In this document: positions 7,241 to 11,590 of the stretch, piece by piece
Layout of the letters: every line of letters starts with the position of its first letter
Position numbering within the stretch: position 1 is the first letter of the stretch
NCBI GenBank assembly: GCA_049976305.1
Contig: JBMFIM010000019.1
Span: 1-11,590, forward strand
Reading direction: 5' to 3'
Length of the DNA stretch: 11,590 nt
From: Candidatus Micrarchaeia archaeon
GTDB taxonomy: Archaea > Micrarchaeota > Micrarchaeia > Micrarchaeales > CABMGC01
Made by a program: the position numbers and the translations under genes
The notes under the pieces: generated by a model
What the model saw: only the letters and a program-made list of their open reading frames with translations
The model's database searches: none
Told to the model about the DNA's origin: nothing

Positions 7241-7783
7241 ATGTCTTTCTACTACACCGGCCTTGGCGACAGCGGCAAATCCGGCATACTCGGCAAGGCT
7301 GGCATCGACAAGTTTGATGATATATTCGAGGCAGAGGGCGCGCTTGACGAGCTTAACAGCTACATCGGGCTAACTGCTTACTATGTCAACGACAAGCATA
7401 CTAGGGAAATGCTCAAGCAGATCCAGAATGATCTTTTCATCATCGGTGCAAACCTTGCGGCACTTGGCAACAAGGAAATAAAAGGCAAGGAGTTCGGCGA
7501 AGACCGCACTGCAAAGCTAGAGCAGGAAATAGAGGAAATGTCAAAATCTTTGCCAGAACCAAAGCAGTTCATAGTACCTGGAGGATGCGAGGGAGCTGTG
7601 CATATGCATGTTGCCAGGGCAATTGCAAGAAAGGCCGAAAGGCGCGTTCTCAGGCTTACAAAAAGCTATGAAATAAGCAGCAGCATAAAGAAATACCTTA
7701 ACAGGCTCTCCACCTATCTTTATGTAGCAGCCCTTTACTTGAACCACCTTGAAGGAATAGAAGAGCAGCACCCAACATACTAG
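7241..7783 (+). CDS. pduO: ATP:cob(I)alamin adenosyltransferase, PduO type, about 180 aa
   Basis: YTGLGDSGKS (the YT..GD.G.T/S motif), G.LDELNSYIG, IQNDLF.IGA.LA, FIVPGG, HVARAIARKAERR and YLNRLS. Start set at ATG 7241, directly before the N-terminal motif and downstream of the TATA. Confidence 0.93.
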   Translation: MSFYYTGLGDSGKSGILGKAGIDKFDDIFEAEGALDELNSYIGLTAYYVNDKHTREMLKQIQNDLFIIGANLAALGNKEIKGKEFGEDRTAKLEQEIEEMSKSLPEPKQFIVPGGCEGAVHMHVARAIARKAERRVLRLTKSYEISSSIKKYLNRLSTYLYVAALYLNHLEGIEEQHPTY

Positions 7784-8310
7784 GTGCTCTGGCTTGCATC
7801 TGCATTGGCGCTGGCGTTGGCAGATTCTGCTTTTTCAATTTCGCCCTGCTTGACGCTGAAGTATTCGTAGAATTTGTCTGTAAGCATGAGCCTTTTGCTC
7901 CTGCCCTGCTTCTTAGAGGTTATGAACATGTTCTCTGCCAGCTCCTTGACATAGTCGTAGGTGCTCTCGCCAAAGGCCTTTACAAGCTCGCTCTGCAATA
8001 TTCCGTTATTCTTGCTTATGTAGGCAAGGATTCTAAGAGCGCCTTTGCTAAGCTCGGGCCCGCTTGCGAGCACGCTTACCTTGCTTGCATACTCTGGCTT
8101 GATTGTGAGCATGTACCTTCCTGCAATCTCCTCAATCTCCAGCGCAGTGCTCCTCTGCTTGTACTCTTCCTGGAGCTGCCTTATGTACTCAACAACCTTG
8201 CCTACTGCGCCAATGCCCACTATGCTTGCAATCTCCTCAGGAGACAGGGCCCTTGAAGCCATGAAGAGCGTTGCCTCTACAAGGTTCTTGTAATCCTGCT
8301 CGTCCGTCAA
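7780..8310 (-). CDS. scpB: SMC-Scp complex subunit ScpB (kite, tandem winged helix)
   Basis: VEATLFMASRALS, ALEIEEIAGRYMLTIKPEY, ELSKGALRILAYI, G...YDYVKEL and T.KFYEYF. The TTG start overlaps the scpA TGA stop (TTGA) and has AGGTGG just upstream. Confidence 0.92.
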   Translation of the reverse strand: MTDEQDYKNLVEATLFMASRALSPEEIASIVGIGAVGKVVEYIRQLQEEYKQRSTALEIEEIAGRYMLTIKPEYASKVSVLASGPELSKGALRILAYISKNNGILQSELVKAFGESTYDYVKELAENMFITSKKQGRSKRLMLTDKFYEYFSVKQGEIEKAESANASANADASQST

Positions 8311-8978
8311 ACCACCTTTATCTTTATCTCTCCAAAGAACTGCTCCTGTAATAGCTCAACCTTGTTTTCGTTAGCTAGGAACAGCAATGGCACGAAGATT
8401 TCAAGCAAAGGATCCTTCTCCGGTAGCATCTCCACGAGCTTTGAAAACTCCATGCGTTTGCTTGTGGAAATAATGTTGTAAAGCTCGTTGGCCTCTTCTG
8501 TTATGTCTATCCCGTAAACTACTATGGGCATGGGCTTCGTGCGCTCCAAGCTGCGCCTTTCCCTCTCTTCCTTTATCTTTAGTGCCTCGTCCATTGCGCT
8601 TATGAGCTCATCGAGCGTAATCCTTCTTTTAACCGGCAGCCTGAGCTTTGGAAGAAGGACAGAAGCCTCAAGGTTGGGCGGGCTTTGCGCATATTCCTCC
8701 TCTTGCTCTGCTTCGTTGCCCAAGCTCAGCATGTCGCTTTTGAGCCTTACAAGCAGAGCGGCTGCAAGCATTATGTTAGCAGGTATATGCAGATCAAGAA
8801 GCCTCATCTGCCTTATAGTAGCTATATAGCTTGCGACCAGCTTGGTAATGTCTATGTTCCAAGGATCAAGCTCGTTTTTTCTTACAAGCTCTATCAGCAA
8901 GTCCTTCCAAGTTGCATCTCTGACAAAAGCCTCCAGGCTGGATGCCTCTTCAAAGCTGAGCTGTTTTTGAACCTGCAT
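8307..8978 (-). CDS. scpA: segregation and condensation protein A (kleisin)
   Basis: LIELV....LDPWNIDITKL...YI, AN.MLAAALLVRLKS, ITLDELISAM and C-terminal FVPLLFLANENKVELLQEQFFGEI. The start is either ATG 8978 or TTG 8987. Confidence 0.93.
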   Translation of the reverse strand: MQVQKQLSFEEASSLEAFVRDATWKDLLIELVRKNELDPWNIDITKLVASYIATIRQMRLLDLHIPANIMLAAALLVRLKSDMLSLGNEAEQEEEYAQSPPNLEASVLLPKLRLPVKRRITLDELISAMDEALKIKEERERRSLERTKPMPIVVYGIDITEEANELYNIISTSKRMEFSKLVEMLPEKDPLLEIFVPLLFLANENKVELLQEQFFGEIKIKVV

Positions 8979-9055
8979 GGTCGCCAATACTACTTGTTCT
9001 TAAAGGAATAAAATACTTGCTGCAAGGTTTGTTTGAGTTGGTTTGGCAATTCTGT

Positions 9056-11125
9056 TTAGCTCCTTTTCAGGCCCATTTCCTCTCTCACAATAGGCTCAAC
9101 AGCCACTTTTGCCATAACCTTGCCTGGTCCCCATTTGTTCAAAAAGTCAAGGTACCTGTTAACAATAGTGCGAGGCGCAACTAGCGTGCGCAGCTCACCT
9201 CCGTCAGAAGGCATGTATGCGCGCAGGCCAGTTTCTTTTTCAACTAAGTATGCAAGCCTCCTTGCTGCTTCTATGATTTCATCTGCTTTGTTTGGCATGT
9301 TTGTATACGCCTTGTGCTCGAACAGCAAAATGTAATTTTTCTCTTCTTTGGAGTAAAGCACGTGAACCTGCAAAAAGCCTATCACGTTTTCTTGCTCGTC
9401 CTTAAATGCTATCATGAGCTCATTTGCATCTCCTATTATGCTCATCATTCCCTGGTTTTCCCAAGAGTTGCCGGTGCTTATTTGGCAATTGCCTACGCCG
9501 CTTGATCCGTACCTTCCAAACTCTATTAGCTCGACAGGATCAAAGGTTATTTGCGCAAAGATTCTTTCCGGTTTATTGTTTGCAGGTTCAAGCAACTCAA
9601 ATGCCGAAGCCAAAGCTTGTGCTGCCGCCTTGCCCTCCTCTATATCGCCTTCCCCGCTGCCTGTTATTTTTCCTTTATCCCTTTCTATGCCTTTTGCAAT
9701 TTTCATAAGGTAATCTACGTAGTCTTTAAGCCTCTCTGCGTTTCCCTCCACGAATTTCTCCAGTTCTGTGCCTGTTTTATCTTTCATTTTTTGGAATTTT
9801 TCTGCAAACTTTTCCATCGCTTCTATGCTACTAAGCGCATCGTAGAGCCTTATAAGGCTTGCTGCCTTGTTCCCTGCGCGCCTGGTTTCTTCGCTTAGTG
9901 TCTTGCTGCTAAGCTCCGTTTTGATTGTTGCAAAGTCCTTTCTTCTTAAGGCTTCTACAATTTTGTCTGCGTTTGCGTTGCCCAAGCCTTTAAGCTCGTT
10001 TATTGCTTCTTCAATCTTTTCCTCTACAAGGCCTTTATACTGTTTTGCTATTCTATAAAGCGCCGCTTTCTTCCTTGCAAACGTCTCAATGTCTTTGCCT
10101 ATTTTATCAAAGGGAATCTCTGCCCTTTTAGCATAATCCACTTTTATAGAATCAAGCGTTTCAAGCCTTTCCGCAATTTCTTCTTGCAGCTGCTCCTTTG
10201 CAAGCTCGTGGCCATAGAACTTGAATTTCTTAAAGCCCTCCACGCCGCCTTCAAGATAGCTTTCAAATATTTGATGCATGTATGTTGCTGCATAGCCTGA
10301 ATACTTCCCGGCGTATATGGCCAGGTCAAGCAATGCCTGCGGATTTTCAATTAATGCCTTTATATTTTCTTTTTTAGCGTTGTTAGTTTCGAATCCCAGC
10401 TGCTTTAGTATTTTCTCTCCTTTCTCCTCCAGCAGTGCTGTCAGAGCTTGCTTGAATGATTTGGCTTTTCTATAGGCATTGTCTAACTCCTGTTTGTTTA
10501 TTAGCCCGTTATTGATGAGGCCTATTGCCGCAGGAACAAGCTCCATGGCTTCCGGAAGCGTAGATATGCTCTCTTTTTCCAAGACACGTCTTAGCAAATG
10601 CCTGGCATCGCTAGAAGCCAAGCCTCTGAAAGGAAGCGCCTTCCTTACTACGCCCTCGCTTTTTTCTATCGATTGCCTAATCTTATCTATTTCTTCATCT
10701 TTCAACCCTTGCCATTTCGTAAGTGCTTCTAGCGGCAGTTCGTAAACGGGCTCTTTCTCTAACCTCTCCGCATTTAAAAGTGCATAAGCTACAAGCGATG
10801 GAAAGGGGTAGTCGCCGCCAATTATATGCCGTGCTATCTGAAGAAGAAGATGCCTGTCTTCCTTGGTTTTCGGCCTGGAAATTACTGTTAACAGCTCTGA
10901 CTTTACTTCTGGCTTACTGTATTCAGCATAGTGCTCTGCAAGGGTTTCTCCGTTCACCTCAACAAGAAGTATTTCAGGATTGGTTTCTGCATATTCTAAT
11001 ATTTCCTTAATATGCTCGTCGGCATATCCTGCCCTTTCAGAATAGTCATTTTCACCTAAGCTGTCACCTCGCCTTATAAGCTCGGCCATTATGCCAGGGC
11101 CTTCTTTTCTTTCTTTCAGTTGCAT
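9056..11125 (-). CDS. hypothetical protein, 689 aa; helical/coiled-coil body with an alpha/beta C-terminal domain
   Basis: Long uninterrupted E/K/A/L-rich ORF with its own TATA box. No Walker motifs, signal peptide or transmembrane segment visible. Confidence 0.9.
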   Translation of the reverse strand: MQLKERKEGPGIMAELIRRGDSLGENDYSERAGYADEHIKEILEYAETNPEILLVEVNGETLAEHYAEYSKPEVKSELLTVISRPKTKEDRHLLLQIARHIIGGDYPFPSLVAYALLNAERLEKEPVYELPLEALTKWQGLKDEEIDKIRQSIEKSEGVVRKALPFRGLASSDARHLLRRVLEKESISTLPEAMELVPAAIGLINNGLINKQELDNAYRKAKSFKQALTALLEEKGEKILKQLGFETNNAKKENIKALIENPQALLDLAIYAGKYSGYAATYMHQIFESYLEGGVEGFKKFKFYGHELAKEQLQEEIAERLETLDSIKVDYAKRAEIPFDKIGKDIETFARKKAALYRIAKQYKGLVEEKIEEAINELKGLGNANADKIVEALRRKDFATIKTELSSKTLSEETRRAGNKAASLIRLYDALSSIEAMEKFAEKFQKMKDKTGTELEKFVEGNAERLKDYVDYLMKIAKGIERDKGKITGSGEGDIEEGKAAAQALASAFELLEPANNKPERIFAQITFDPVELIEFGRYGSSGVGNCQISTGNSWENQGMMSIIGDANELMIAFKDEQENVIGFLQVHVLYSKEEKNYILLFEHKAYTNMPNKADEIIEAARRLAYLVEKETGLRAYMPSDGGELRTLVAPRTIVNRYLDFLNKWGPGKVMAKVAVEPIVREEMGLKRS

Positions 11126-11146
11126 AATACTGCTTCCCTTGCCCTG

Positions 11147-11155
11147 TATATAAAA
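11147..11155 (-). promoter_or_regulatory. TATA box of the 689-aa gene (leaderless)
   Basis: Minus strand TTTTATATA, about 22-30 nt upstream of ATG 11125. Confidence 0.65.
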
Positions 11156-11167
11156 ATTGGCTTTAGA

Positions 11168-11590
11168 CTATTTTGTAATCACTTCGCAAGAGTCCTTTTC
11201 AACAATAAACGCAGCTTCTGTTTGTGCCACAATCCCTTTGCTCCTTTCCACAAGCACCGGAAAAGGATCGAGCATTCCAGCGGCAAGAAGCTCGTTGATC
11301 GCCTTTTTAGCCTTGAATTCCGAGCCCATATATTCTATTACCCACCTCATAGCAAAAGGATAGGTGGAGAAGTTGGAGAATAGATAGGAGGCAAGGTCTC
11401 TGGCCTCTTGCGATCTTGGCTGCTGCCCTGCAGGAACGAGGGCAAATATCTCAACAACATCGCCATCTACTACATACCCCTCTCCTGTGGTGACGAATGG
11501 CTCTATCGCAGCTATTTGGCCCTCCTCTAGTTCAGTATCGTCTCCATTGTCAAAATTGGGTATGAAGATATCAGCGTGAAGGTCTGTTTC
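11168..11590 (-). CDS. map: type II methionine aminopeptidase, 3' part (5' end outside the window)
   Basis: The frame is open to the window edge: ETDLHADIFIPNFDNGDDTELEEGQIAAIEPFVTTGEGYV...TYPFAMRW...FPVLVERSKGIVAQTEAAFIVEKDSCEVITK. It shows LH...IPN, AIEPF.T.G and the type II helical insert. Confidence 0.95.
   Translation of the reverse strand, partial: ETDLHADIFIPNFDNGDDTELEEGQIAAIEPFVTTGEGYVVDGDVVEIFALVPAGQQPRSQEARDLASYLFSNFSTYPFAMRWVIEYMGSEFKAKKAINELLAAGMLDPFPVLVERSKGIVAQTEAAFIVEKDSCEVITK

Noticed and set aside
7790..7830. Short GCGCTG/GCGTTG-like repeats at the scpB 3' end
   Set aside because: They only encode a low-complexity Ala/Ser/Asn tail and are not an array.
9056..11125. 689-aa protein as a divergent SMC/Rad50
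   Set aside because: No N-terminal Walker A, no C-terminal LSGG signature or Walker B, and no hinge motif.
11200..11235. MetAP AQTEAA instead of the usual Q.EHT as a sign of inactivation
   Set aside because: The metal-ligand Glu and the AIEPF and LH motifs are retained and the frame is intact.
281..11383. Remaining short overlapping ORFs in the track (e.g. 785-1273, 4678-5025, 7013-7237, 8685-9011, 9551-9898, 11120-11383)
   Set aside because: All overlap well-supported genes or the tRNA and show the S/F/L-rich composition typical of off-frame or antisense translation.
1..11590. CRISPR array, IS element or rRNA
   Set aside because: No regularly spaced repeats, transposase motifs, terminal inverted repeats or rRNA signatures seen.

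Overview
A compact archaeal chromosomal region, most likely DPANN/Micrarchaeota-like (inferred from gene content, TATA/BRE promoters just ahead of start codons, type II MetAP, cupin PGI and VAT/CDC48). The order is: 3' end of a LamG/pentraxin-like surface protein (+); COG1373-type AAA+ ATPase with a palindrome around its TATA box (-); a ~450 bp unexplained intergenic region; CDC48/VAT with an HbYX tail (+); beta-carbonic anhydrase carrying an apparent second, ligand-less CA-like domain (-); asnS (-); cupin glucose-6-phosphate isomerase (+); tRNA-Val(CAC) (-); PduO-type corrinoid adenosyltransferase (+); scpB and scpA (-); a 689-aa orphan helical protein with a Cys-containing alpha/beta C-terminal domain (-); and the 3' part of map (-). 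I saw no CRISPR array, transposase, integrase or reverse transcriptase. The best leads are the 689-aa orphan sitting where smc would often be, the pseudo-duplicated beta-CA, the operator-flanked ATPase and the possibly transcribed, structured intergenic region. All family calls come from motifs read by eye, not from database searches.
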